Assembly: GCA_910579785.1 (NCBI GenBank) | Contig: CAJTVJ010000002.1 | Coordinates: 42,529-106,528 of the forward strand | Direction of reading: 5' to 3' | From: an uncultured Christensenella sp. | GTDB taxonomy: Bacteria > Bacillota > Clostridia > Christensenellales > UBA3700 | DNA: 64,000 bases | In this document: positions 1 through 8,694 of the stretch, in pieces | How positions within the stretch are numbered: position 1 is the first letter of the stretch | Layout of the letters: each line of letters starts with the position of its first letter | Position numbers and translations under genes: made by a program | The notes under the pieces: generated by a model | What the model was told of the DNA's origin: nothing | Databases searched by the model: none | What the model saw: the letters and a program-made list of their open reading frames with translations, nothing else

Positions 1-442
1 TGCAGAAATGGCTTGTTACTATACCTATAAGAAAGTGTCGCTGTATGACAAACTCAACAGTCTTTTTGACAAATTCGGGTATTTTGTGGAGAGCAGCAAG
101 TCTATCGCATTCAAGGGCTTGGACGGTATGGAGCAAATGGCAAACATAATGAAGAAGTTCAAAGAGTGCGATCTTGAAGAGGTTGCAGGCGTGCCTATGA
201 ATAGTAAGCTTGACTTACAATCGGGCATGGTAAAGAACTATACCGACGGCTCTATCGAGATGACGGATTTGCCGTCCGCCAACGTTATAAAGTATGAATT
301 CGGCGACGACGAATGGCTTTGCATACGTCCCAGCGGAACGGAGCCTAAACTTAAAATCTACGTGTCTACCAAGGCGGAGAGTAAACAAAAGAGCATGGAG
401 CGCAACAAGACGTTGCAATCTGCAATTATAAATATGATTTAA
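1..442 (+). CDS. phosphoglucomutase/phosphomannomutase family protein, C-terminal fragment (5' end outside window)
   Basis: Reading frame is open to the left edge. 'CIRPSGTEPKLKIY' matches the conserved domain-4 loop of alpha-D-phosphohexomutases. A terminator follows. Confidence 0.8.
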   Translation, partial: AEMACYYTYKKVSLYDKLNSLFDKFGYFVESSKSIAFKGLDGMEQMANIMKKFKECDLEEVAGVPMNSKLDLQSGMVKNYTDGSIEMTDLPSANVIKYEFGDDEWLCIRPSGTEPKLKIYVSTKAESKQKSMERNKTLQSAIINMI

Positions 443-461
443 TAATACAACTTTAAATGCA

Positions 462-491
462 ACAAGGCGGTCATATCCGCCTTGTTTTTAC
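462..491 (+). terminator. rho-independent terminator
   Basis: Stem ACAAGGCGG / CCGCCTTGT with a 6-nt loop, followed by TTTTTA. Confidence 0.8.
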
Positions 492-626
492 GTTTATAAG
501 TCGCAACGATAATGCCATTTATTTTCTTTGATTGTCGATATTTTATGGAGCGTAATATTTCCATTCGCCTTTATAATTTTTTTGGCATTTGGCAACAATC
601 ATTATAGGATTTGTTTGGAGGAGAAT

Positions 627-1415
627 ATGAAGGGCAAAAATATTGCGATAATAACGGGCGCGAGCAGCGGAATAGGAAGAGAGTTTTTGAAGTTGCTTCT
701 GAAAGAAGACGGGCTGGACGAGCTGTGGGCGATAGGTCGGGACGAGCAAAGACTCAAAGAGGTGAAGGAAGATGACAGAGAAAGGATAAGGGTATTTCCC
801 ATGGACTTGTCGGAGAGAAAAAATCTCGATATACTAGACGCGTTGGCTGAGAGCGAAGAGGTTAACGTGCGTTGGCTTGTAAATTGCGCCGGATATGCCA
901 AATTTTGCGACTATGGCGGCATAGATAGATACACCTCGGTGAATATGATAGACGTCAACGTCAGCGCGTTGGTGGCTATGTGCGTTATATTTATTCCGCA
1001 TATGCAAAGGGGCGGACATATCTTGAATATGGCGTCGCAGGCGGCTTTTCAACCTTTGCCTTATCAAAATATTTACAGCTGCACAAAGGCGTTTGTACGC
1101 AACTATACGCGCGCTTTGAACGTAGAGTTGAAGTCTAAGGGCGTGACAGCAACGGCGGTATGTCCTGGATGGATGCAGACGAGATTGATAGAGAGAGCTA
1201 TTGTCGAGGGAGAAAAGGGGACGAGAGTTTTTCCGCATATAGTTTATCCCGACGCAGTTGCCAAAAAAGCCGTAAAAGACGCCAAAAAGTCAAAGGATCA
1301 ATCAATATATTCGGCATATGTCAATATGTCGCACGCCGTCGCTAAATTTTTGCCGCAAAAGTGCATGATGGGCATATGGCTGAGACAGCAAAAACTCAAA
1401 GACGGCAAGCGTTGA
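627..1415 (+). CDS. short-chain dehydrogenase/reductase (SDR) family oxidoreductase
   Basis: 'ITGASSGIGRE' Rossmann motif and 'YSCTK' (YxxxK) catalytic motif. Start moved to the ATG at 627, which follows GGAGGAG; the longer ORF from 528 has no RBS. Confidence 0.85.
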   Translation: MKGKNIAIITGASSGIGREFLKLLLKEDGLDELWAIGRDEQRLKEVKEDDRERIRVFPMDLSERKNLDILDALAESEEVNVRWLVNCAGYAKFCDYGGIDRYTSVNMIDVNVSALVAMCVIFIPHMQRGGHILNMASQAAFQPLPYQNIYSCTKAFVRNYTRALNVELKSKGVTATAVCPGWMQTRLIERAIVEGEKGTRVFPHIVYPDAVAKKAVKDAKKSKDQSIYSAYVNMSHAVAKFLPQKCMMGIWLRQQKLKDGKR

Positions 1416-1542
1416 TGTCACTATATTTTATTTAATAATGCGATATAGATAGCATGTTGGCAAATTGTCAACGTGCGTTTTATTTTATATGTTTAAAGGG
1501 TGATTTTACGTGTTGTATATGCGATGAATTACAAATTATCGT

Positions 1543-1571
1543 TTGACTTAATTATTGTATTGATGTATTAT
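1543..1571 (+). promoter_or_regulatory. sigma-A type promoter candidate for the yhhQ leader
   Basis: TTGACT, 17-nt spacer, TATTAT. Confidence 0.5.
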
Positions 1572-1583
1572 ATAAAAAATACA

Positions 1584-1690
1584 GACGGGCAGTTCGGGAC
1601 CATCCTGCCTTTGCGTGAGCAAAAATCAAAACTAGGGATATATGGCAATTTGTCTGTCATATCGGCGTCCCTAGCGGGCGCATTTTTTAT
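1584..1690 (+). promoter_or_regulatory. transcription-attenuation leader (terminator/antiterminator), possibly a preQ1-type riboswitch
   Basis: A 5-bp helix GGCAG/CUGCC is followed by UUC, and an A-rich tail ends in ACUAGGGA. CUAGGGA (1632-1638) is exactly complementary to UCCCUAG (1668-1674) in the 5' arm of a terminator hairpin (GCGUCCC-UAGC-GGGCGC plus U6 at about 1665-1690). The downstream gene is a queuosine-precursor transporter. Confidence 0.35.
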
Positions 1691-1835
1691 GGGGAATATG
1701 CCCAAGATACGGCGGCGTGATAAACAACAAGAAGATAGATACAGCGATTTTGAGATGACGCGTATGCGTATAAGAAGTGCGCTTTTGCGGCTGTTATATT
1801 GGCAAAGACATGGACATTTTTGAAATGGGTGAGAT

Positions 1836-2567
1836 ATGAACGAATTGATTCTAGTAATTTCATTGATACTTATATACGGGACTGTGCTTTTGGCATATTT
1901 TTTATTCGGCAGGACGGGACTTTATTGCATATCCGCTATCGCCACTGTCATGGCTAATATCGAAGTTGTAATTTTGATAAAGGCGTTCGGTATGGAGCAG
2001 ACGCTTGGCAACGTGCTTTTCGCGGCGACTTTTCTAATCACCGATATTCTTTCGGAATGCGAAGGTAAAAGACATGCCAACAAGGCGGTGTATATCGGCA
2101 TATTCTCGCAGATATTCTTTTTGCTGCTTTCTCAAAGTTGGCTGTTGTATGCGCCTGCGGAAGGCGATTCGACAATGCAGGCAATTAAGACGATATTCTC
2201 CAATACGCCTAGATTGATACTTGCTTCGCTTTCGGTCTATGCGGTTAGTCAAATATTCGACGTATGGCTATACCACAAGTGGTGGAACTTTACGCAAAAA
2301 AAATTCGGCGATAAAAAGAGATTTTTATGGCTTCGCAACAACGGCTCTACGCTTGTAAGTCAGATCGTCAACGCAATGCTTTTTACGACGATAGCCTTTG
2401 CAGGAAAATATGACTTTAAGACGTTGGCTTCGATATTCGGGTCGAGTTATTTGATTTATCTCGTTGCGGCGCTGCTCGATACGCCGATAGTGTATCTTGC
2501 AAGATTGATAAGCGAAAGACGGAAGAGTAAGTTTAAAAGCGATATGGAAGATATTACAACTACATAA
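1836..2567 (+). CDS. yhhQ: queuosine precursor transporter (VUT/YhhQ family, DUF165)
   Basis: 243-aa polytopic membrane protein whose sequence is typical of the YhhQ/COG1738 family. GGTGAG RBS. Confidence 0.8.
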   Translation: MNELILVISLILIYGTVLLAYFLFGRTGLYCISAIATVMANIEVVILIKAFGMEQTLGNVLFAATFLITDILSECEGKRHANKAVYIGIFSQIFFLLLSQSWLLYAPAEGDSTMQAIKTIFSNTPRLILASLSVYAVSQIFDVWLYHKWWNFTQKKFGDKKRFLWLRNNGSTLVSQIVNAMLFTTIAFAGKYDFKTLASIFGSSYLIYLVAALLDTPIVYLARLISERRKSKFKSDMEDITTT

Positions 2568-2602
2568 TAAATTATGTTGCAAAGCACTAAGTTAAGCAAA
2601 AT

Positions 2603-2627
2603 AAATGGACGGGTTAACCGTCCATTT
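2603..2627. terminator. bidirectional rho-independent terminator between convergent yhhQ and capD-like genes
   Basis: AAATGGACGG / CCGTCCATTT stem with a GTTAA loop. There are T-rich runs on both strands. Confidence 0.75.
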
Positions 2628-2634
2628 TGTATTG

Positions 2635-4638
2635 TTATTTAGCTTGTTTTTCTTCTTTATATTCTTTTGCCAGATTGGTTATCTTTTCAAGATATTCGGA
2701 GTTGTGATTAAAAGTCGGCACCAGCACTTTCAGCTGTTCGACTACTGCAAATTTGTCGTTGGTCATACATATCTCGCGCATCTTTTCCAACTCAGCAGTA
2801 AACTTGGGTATATCTATCTCCATTTGGTGTCCTATAAAGATTTTTTCGTTGGCTGTCTTTTGCAGTCCCTCTTCGTTCATAAGAAGCTCTTCATATAACT
2901 TTTCTCCCGGACGCAATCCTGTGAAAGCAATATCAATGTCGACGTACGGCTTATATCCCATAAGTTTGATAAGATTTTCTGCCAAAGTGACTATCTTGAC
3001 CTGCTTGCCCATATCAAGGACAAATATTTCGCCGCCGTGCGCAAAGGTGCCTGCTTGCAACACGAGACTTACCGCCTCAGGTATCGTCATAAAATATCTT
3101 ATTATGTCGGGGTGGGTGACTGTGACGGGACCGCCTTTCTCAATTTGGTCTTTAAAAAGCGGTATGACGGAGCCGTTGCTTCCCAGCACGTTGCCGAATC
3201 TAACCGCGGCAAATTCCGTAGGGGAGTTGGTCTCTGCACATTTTTGAGCCATCATCTGTACGATTTCTTCACAACAGCGCTTTGTCGCGCCCATTACGTT
3301 GGTCGGATTGACAGCTTTGTCGGTTGAAATCATGATAAACTTCTGCACGTTATGCTTTTGAGCAAGCGTCACGACGTTGTAAGTGCCGAATATATTGTTT
3401 TTGACTGCCTCTTCCGGCACTGTCTCCATCAACGGTACGTGCTTGTGCGCAGCCGCGTGGAATATTATCTGCGGACGGAACTCCAAAAAGAGTTCGTTCA
3501 TTTTGTCATAATCGGTAATAGAGACTATCTCAACGTGCAGATCGTAATTTGCTCCGTACGTGCGAAGAAGTTCTTGCTGAATGTTGTAAGCGCAGTTCTC
3601 GTATACGTCGACGATTATTATACGCCTTGGTTTGTATTTAGATATTTGACGGCAAAGTTCCGAGCCGATAGAGCCGCCGCCGCCCGTCACCATGACGACC
3701 TTGTCGTATATATAGCTTGCTACGCCCACGTCGTCAAAGGAAATTTGCTGACGTCCCAAAAGGTCGCCGATATTGATGTCGCGCATCTGCTTGGTGATGT
3801 TGACGTTGTCTATCATCTCGCTCATATACGGCAAGACCTTGATTTGACACTTAGTGGCATTGCAGTCTGTGAGAATGCGCTGTCTTGCTTCGCCGCCTAA
3901 GGACGGGATGGCAAAAATTATAACGTCTATCGCATACTTCTGCACGATTATCGCGATATCCTGCGTATTGCCTACGACCTCTATCTCGTTGATTATTCTT
4001 CCCAATTTATCGGGGTCGTCGTCTATCATACATATCGGATCGTAAATGCTGTCTTGACGTGATATCTCTTCGAGTATCACGCTGGCGGTATATCCTGCGC
4101 CTATAATCATAGTGCGCTTGCGCTTGCCTGTTTCCAGCTTGTCCCGCTGCTTTGCATAGACAAATTCATAGAGTATTCTAAATAAAATTATAAAAGTTGC
4201 AGAGAACGTACCCAACATGATATATGCAGGGAATATGATTTGATTGAATTTTATATTCTCGCCGCCTGTCACGGGAGGCATGCCTTCTATTTTTATCAGA
4301 TGAAAAATTTGGTCAAAAATTGAGAATAGAATAGTTGCGCACACGCAAGCTCCCACTATTCTTAGATAATCTCTTCCTCTTGCATAACGCCATACGACTT
4401 TAAATACTCTAAATGCCAAAAATGCCAAAAAGAATATGACAAGTACTATCGGCAGGCATATAAATGCGCTTTGAAGAATTTTCAACAACGATGCGCCCTG
4501 CGACGGCAAATATGCCTGCGACAGCACAACCGCGGCCATATAACATATGGTCACGGTTATCAAATCTATCGCTAAAATACCCCATTCTCTTAGAGTGCGT
4601 ATAGAAAAAGACTTTGTCTTAAGTTTGGGACGATTCAT
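2635..4638 (-). CDS. membrane-anchored polysaccharide biosynthesis protein, CapD/PglF/WbpM-like UDP-HexNAc 4,6-dehydratase
   Basis: N-terminal TM helices, 'VTGGGGSIGSEL' Rossmann motif and 'STDKAVNPTNVMGATK'. Start set at the ATG at 4638, one nt after the galE stop; the longer ORF to 4794 overlaps galE. Confidence 0.85.
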   Translation of the reverse strand: MNRPKLKTKSFSIRTLREWGILAIDLITVTICYMAAVVLSQAYLPSQGASLLKILQSAFICLPIVLVIFFLAFLAFRVFKVVWRYARGRDYLRIVGACVCATILFSIFDQIFHLIKIEGMPPVTGGENIKFNQIIFPAYIMLGTFSATFIILFRILYEFVYAKQRDKLETGKRKRTMIIGAGYTASVILEEISRQDSIYDPICMIDDDPDKLGRIINEIEVVGNTQDIAIIVQKYAIDVIIFAIPSLGGEARQRILTDCNATKCQIKVLPYMSEMIDNVNITKQMRDINIGDLLGRQQISFDDVGVASYIYDKVVMVTGGGGSIGSELCRQISKYKPRRIIIVDVYENCAYNIQQELLRTYGANYDLHVEIVSITDYDKMNELFLEFRPQIIFHAAAHKHVPLMETVPEEAVKNNIFGTYNVVTLAQKHNVQKFIMISTDKAVNPTNVMGATKRCCEEIVQMMAQKCAETNSPTEFAAVRFGNVLGSNGSVIPLFKDQIEKGGPVTVTHPDIIRYFMTIPEAVSLVLQAGTFAHGGEIFVLDMGKQVKIVTLAENLIKLMGYKPYVDIDIAFTGLRPGEKLYEELLMNEEGLQKTANEKIFIGHQMEIDIPKFTAELEKMREICMTNDKFAVVEQLKVLVPTFNHNSEYLEKITNLAKEYKEEKQAK

Positions 4639-4639
4639 C

Positions 4640-5653
4640 TCACTCTCCGTATCCGTTAGGGTTTTGGCTTTGCCATCTCCAACTGTCTTCGCACATATCG
4701 TTGAGGTCGTATTTGCACTCAAATCCAAGTTCTTGCTTTGCAAGGGCGGTGGACGCATAGCATTCTGCGATGTCGCCGCTTCTTCTCGGAGCAATCACAT
4801 AAGGCACTTTTTTGCCGCTTGCCTTTTCAAAAGCCTTTACCATATCAAGCACGCTGTATCCTTTGCCTGTGCCGAGGTTGTATATTACAAGTCCGCTTTG
4901 GCTCATAAGCTTTTTAAGCGCGAGAATATGTCCGTGCGCAAGGTCGAGTACGTGTATATAATCTCTCACTCCCGTGCCGTCGTGCGTAGGGTAGTCGTCG
5001 CCGAATACGCTGAGTCTTTGCAATTTGCCGATAGCGACTTGCGTGATATACGGCATAAGATTGTTGGGAATACCGTTGGGATCCTCGCCTATGAGACCGC
5101 TCTTATGCGCGCCGATAGGATTGAAATATCTCAAAAGCGCGATGTTAAAGGAATTGTCGGCTTTGTAGATGTCTTTGAGTATGCCTTCGATATACAACTT
5201 GGTCGTGCCGTAAGGATTTGTCGTGGAGAGAGGGAAGTCCTCGCTGATAGGTACGCTCTTGGGCTGACCGTATACCGTCGCCGAAGACGAAAATACCAAG
5301 TTTTTGCAGCCGTACTCTCTCATTACCTGTATGAGATTGAGAGTGCTGATTAAGTTGTTTTGATAATATTCAAGCGGTTTTTGGCATGATTCGCCCACCG
5401 CTTTGAGTCCTGCAAAATGTATGCAAGCATCTATTTTTTCTTTTTCAAAGACCTCTCTAAGCTTTGCGATATCGCAGAGGTCGTATTGATAAAACTTGAT
5501 TTTTTTGCCTGTGATCTTTTCAAGTCTGTCAATGGCGATTTTCTTGCTGTTGCAGAGATTGTCTACGATTATCGGGTCAAACCCGTTTTCTATCAATTCT
5601 ATTACCGTATGGCTGCCTATATATCCGGCGCCGCCGCTTACCAAAATGCTCAT
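4640..5653 (-). CDS. galE: UDP-glucose 4-epimerase
   Basis: 'ILVSGGAGYIGSH' N-terminus and full-length GalE-like sequence (337 aa). Confidence 0.9.
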   Translation of the reverse strand: MSILVSGGAGYIGSHTVIELIENGFDPIIVDNLCNSKKIAIDRLEKITGKKIKFYQYDLCDIAKLREVFEKEKIDACIHFAGLKAVGESCQKPLEYYQNNLISTLNLIQVMREYGCKNLVFSSSATVYGQPKSVPISEDFPLSTTNPYGTTKLYIEGILKDIYKADNSFNIALLRYFNPIGAHKSGLIGEDPNGIPNNLMPYITQVAIGKLQRLSVFGDDYPTHDGTGVRDYIHVLDLAHGHILALKKLMSQSGLVIYNLGTGKGYSVLDMVKAFEKASGKKVPYVIAPRRSGDIAECYASTALAKQELGFECKYDLNDMCEDSWRWQSQNPNGYGE

Positions 5654-5675
5654 TTTGCTATCTCCTATATTGATA

Positions 5676-6767
5676 TTATATATTATTTTTGCATTTTATT
5701 GCTATATCCAGCATTTGCTTGCTTTGTTTTTCCATAAGATCCACAAGCTTAAACTGCGTGTGGCATCTTACTAAATTGTGGTCGGGGTACTCTGTCTTAA
5801 AATAAACGTCTCCGTCAAGATAGTCCGTCAAGAATCTAATACCGCACTCCAAAGTGATTATTATTGCGCCGATATGCAGCATTTTCAGTTCCTCGTCGGT
5901 TATCTTGTCGCCTATACCTTTTAAAAATCCTTTGCAGTAGGCTTCATAAAGGTTTATGTCAAAATCAACGATTGACAGATCCTTTTCGTCTTCTAGGGCA
6001 GTGTTGCAGCCCGAGCGAATTGAATCGCCGAAATCATACAGCAAAGATCCCGGCATAATAGTATCCAAATCTATTATACATATAGCTCTGCCGCTTGCTT
6101 TGTCTATCAGCACGTTGTTTATCTTTGTGTCGTTGTGAGTTACTCTCAAAGGAATGCGACCGTCGTTTAAAGCGTCTACGATTGCGCTTAATTTTTCTTT
6201 TCTTTCCTTGACGAAGTTGATTTCTTCCAATGCGTTATCCTTTCGCCCGCTCTTATTTTGTTCTATCGCGTCAAGAAACTTGTTGTATCTATCCACGGTA
6301 TTGTGGAAATTGGGAATTACTTCGACAAGCGAATTTGCGTCAAAGCTGTCAAGCCTTGCGATAAACTTGCCAAAAGCTTCTCCCGTATTTTCAAATACGG
6401 CAGGGGAGTCTATGACTTGATATACGACGGTGTTGCTGACGAATATGTAAGCTCTCCAACAGTTGACGCCGTCAAGATAATAAAAATTGCCGTCAAGAGT
6501 AGGGACGAGAGTCATACATTCTCTTGCGCAGTCTCCGCCCTCATTTTCTATGATCTGTCTTAAAGTCTGTGTGACCTTTTGGATATTTTGCATAAGCGAA
6601 TGAAAATTTTTGAAAATTCTTGTGTTGAGCTTTTGCAATATATAGTTCTCTTCGCCGTCTTTCATTTGGACAAGGAAAGTGTCGTTGATATGTCCCTCGC
6701 CATACGGCGTTATTGACTCAACCTCTCCTTTGAAGCAAAATTGTTTTGCCACTTCGTATCTTGTCAT
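5676..6767 (-). CDS. nahK: N-acetylhexosamine 1-kinase (NahK/LnpB-like, APH-fold kinase)
   Basis: 'PLRVTHNDTKINNVLID', 'IIDLDTIMPGS' and 'TALEDEKDLS' closely recall Bifidobacterium NahK. Confidence 0.75.
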   Translation of the reverse strand: MTRYEVAKQFCFKGEVESITPYGEGHINDTFLVQMKDGEENYILQKLNTRIFKNFHSLMQNIQKVTQTLRQIIENEGGDCARECMTLVPTLDGNFYYLDGVNCWRAYIFVSNTVVYQVIDSPAVFENTGEAFGKFIARLDSFDANSLVEVIPNFHNTVDRYNKFLDAIEQNKSGRKDNALEEINFVKERKEKLSAIVDALNDGRIPLRVTHNDTKINNVLIDKASGRAICIIDLDTIMPGSLLYDFGDSIRSGCNTALEDEKDLSIVDFDINLYEAYCKGFLKGIGDKITDEELKMLHIGAIIITLECGIRFLTDYLDGDVYFKTEYPDHNLVRCHTQFKLVDLMEKQSKQMLDIAIKCKNNI

Positions 6768-6917
6768 ATTTCCTTTTACACCTTTTTATTGTATATATTA
6801 TATATTTATTATTAAATAAAGATTTTTATAAAGCAAACTGCCTATTTGCTCTATAAAAATCTCAATTTACTAGTAGATTACACACGGCTTGCCGTGTGTA
6901 ATCTATATTGTAGTTGC

Positions 6918-8435
6918 TTATTTTTTATCAGCAAATATATTGGTAAATATGTTAAACAAATCAGTATTTACCGTCGGTTGGTAAGTGCTGATAGTGGGGT
7001 AGGATGATAAGTCAAGCTTGAAGTCCTTTCTTGATTTACCGTCTTGGTCTTTAATAGTCGTATAGAACTTTTCTGTTCCAAGTTCTGCCCAATAGAGAGC
7101 CGCATACTTCAAAGCGTCGCAATCTGCGTCGGTATAGCTGAATGCTGCGGTTGCTTGGTTGGAAGTCTTACCGCCTTTCTTGCAGTTGCCGAGCGAGCCG
7201 CCGAGAACAGGGCTTGGATCGTTGGTTTCAAGACCGTCAAACTTTTGCATAGACTTGATAAGACCGTTGCCGTATACTTCTATTTTGCATGAAAGATTTG
7301 TGAACTGAGCATTTTTAAGTGAGATATAACTCTTTGTGTCGCGGATAAGGTCGCCGGCAGCGAATTCACAAGCTTGCGGAACGAACTCATTCTTTATTGA
7401 CACGTCTATTGTCCAAAGGTCAAGATCCTTGTTGTAGTTGACCGTTGTTCCGTTGTCATAATACTCGACTCTGCTCAAATCGTATACTGCCCAACCTGCG
7501 CCGTACGTACCGAAGCTGTATCTGGTTTTTTGGTCTTCTGTATAGTTTTCTACTATATTGCCGGTCAAGTTGCCGTCTTCATCTCTTTCCCAATATCTTG
7601 CGGGTATTCTATTGAGAGGCTCCCAAGCTTTTCTGTCCTTGTTGAAAGAAGGAAGCTCCTTTCCTGCAAGAGTAGTGCCTTCCGGATAGGTGGTAGCTGT
7701 CTGGACGTACTCAGGCAATTCAGGCTCTTTGTCGCTTTCAGATATTTTATCATTGGCTGTGAGCTTAAATCCCTTATTCTTGTTTGTCAACGTAGTGTTG
7801 TAAGCTCCCATGATATATTTAAGATTTTCTTGCAAATTTTTGCTTGTAGCAAATTGAGCTCCGCCTTTGTTACCCTGTCTTCCTACTGAGAATTTGTCGT
7901 TGGAGAAACTTTGGATATTGTAGCCGAACTTACCTTTAAACGAACCTATCATATTGCCAAGTCCGTCCAATCTCGTTACGCCCGATACCGTCTGTGAGAA
8001 AGTACCGTTCTTACCTGTGACGGACGAATAGGTGCTTCTTACTCCTACGTGAGCGGTACCCAAATTGGTTTCGCGAGCTTCAACGGAAGCGTCGGTCATT
8101 ATGTAGTATACCGCTTGGGTCACGTTGTTGTAGTTGGTAGCTGCCAAAGCATAGATCGCCGCAGCGATTTTGTTGGTGTCTCTGCCCAACTCATACTTCG
8201 TCTCGTCAAGCATCTCTTGTACGGATACAATTTGCTTGCCGTCCGCAGTAATTTTTTTCAATTGCTCTGCGTCAATTGATTTTTGCATGTCGCCCAGGAA
8301 GAATACGTCGACAGGTGTAGGAGGAACCGTCTCATTCTTGCAGGCTGCCAAAGTTACGCAAAGCACGCTGACTATCAATATGACAGCCAAACAGCTCATG
8401 AAAACTTTGGTCTTCTTTGATTTAAAAGAATTCAT
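6918..8435 (-). CDS. lipoprotein of unknown function
   Basis: Signal peptide with lipobox 'LAAC'. AAGAGGTG RBS. No domain recognised in 505 aa. Confidence 0.7.
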   Translation of the reverse strand: MNSFKSKKTKVFMSCLAVILIVSVLCVTLAACKNETVPPTPVDVFFLGDMQKSIDAEQLKKITADGKQIVSVQEMLDETKYELGRDTNKIAAAIYALAATNYNNVTQAVYYIMTDASVEARETNLGTAHVGVRSTYSSVTGKNGTFSQTVSGVTRLDGLGNMIGSFKGKFGYNIQSFSNDKFSVGRQGNKGGAQFATSKNLQENLKYIMGAYNTTLTNKNKGFKLTANDKISESDKEPELPEYVQTATTYPEGTTLAGKELPSFNKDRKAWEPLNRIPARYWERDEDGNLTGNIVENYTEDQKTRYSFGTYGAGWAVYDLSRVEYYDNGTTVNYNKDLDLWTIDVSIKNEFVPQACEFAAGDLIRDTKSYISLKNAQFTNLSCKIEVYGNGLIKSMQKFDGLETNDPSPVLGGSLGNCKKGGKTSNQATAAFSYTDADCDALKYAALYWAELGTEKFYTTIKDQDGKSRKDFKLDLSSYPTISTYQPTVNTDLFNIFTNIFADKK

Positions 8436-8614
8436 AATTCACCTCTTATTTTATTTTTGTACAAACATTATAATATATATATTTTTTTTTGTAAAGAGAG
8501 AATTGACTTTTTGTTGAAATAATATTGCAATTCGGCAAATGACATATCTTTTGGTTAAGTTTTTAATTGTTTATAAGAACAGGAATATACAAAGTTTAAT
8601 AATTTGACAAAATA

Positions 8615-8644
8615 TTGACAAGAATATTGAAAAAGTAATATAAT
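8615..8644 (+). promoter_or_regulatory. sigma-A type promoter candidate for nagA
   Basis: TTGACA, 18-nt spacer, TATAAT. A second TTGACA lies 12 nt upstream. Confidence 0.5.
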
Positions 8645-8694
8645 AAACTCGACAGCGCAGTGTGCGGCGACAGTTAATACAGGCAGGTAAAAAG

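Noticed and set aside
1500-1823. 107-aa plus-strand ORF upstream of yhhQ
   Set aside because: It spans the promoter, the leader hairpins and the terminator, and it has no RBS. A regulatory leader RNA explains the region better.
4639-4794. N-terminal extension of the capD-like ORF (719-aa version), with similar long-start versions of the ORFs at 528, 8662, 17354, 22208, 24697, 51179, 51075, 52692, 55897 and 58688
   Set aside because: The extensions overlap upstream genes or promoters and lack an RBS. Internal ATGs with good Shine-Dalgarno sites sit exactly at the homologous N-termini.
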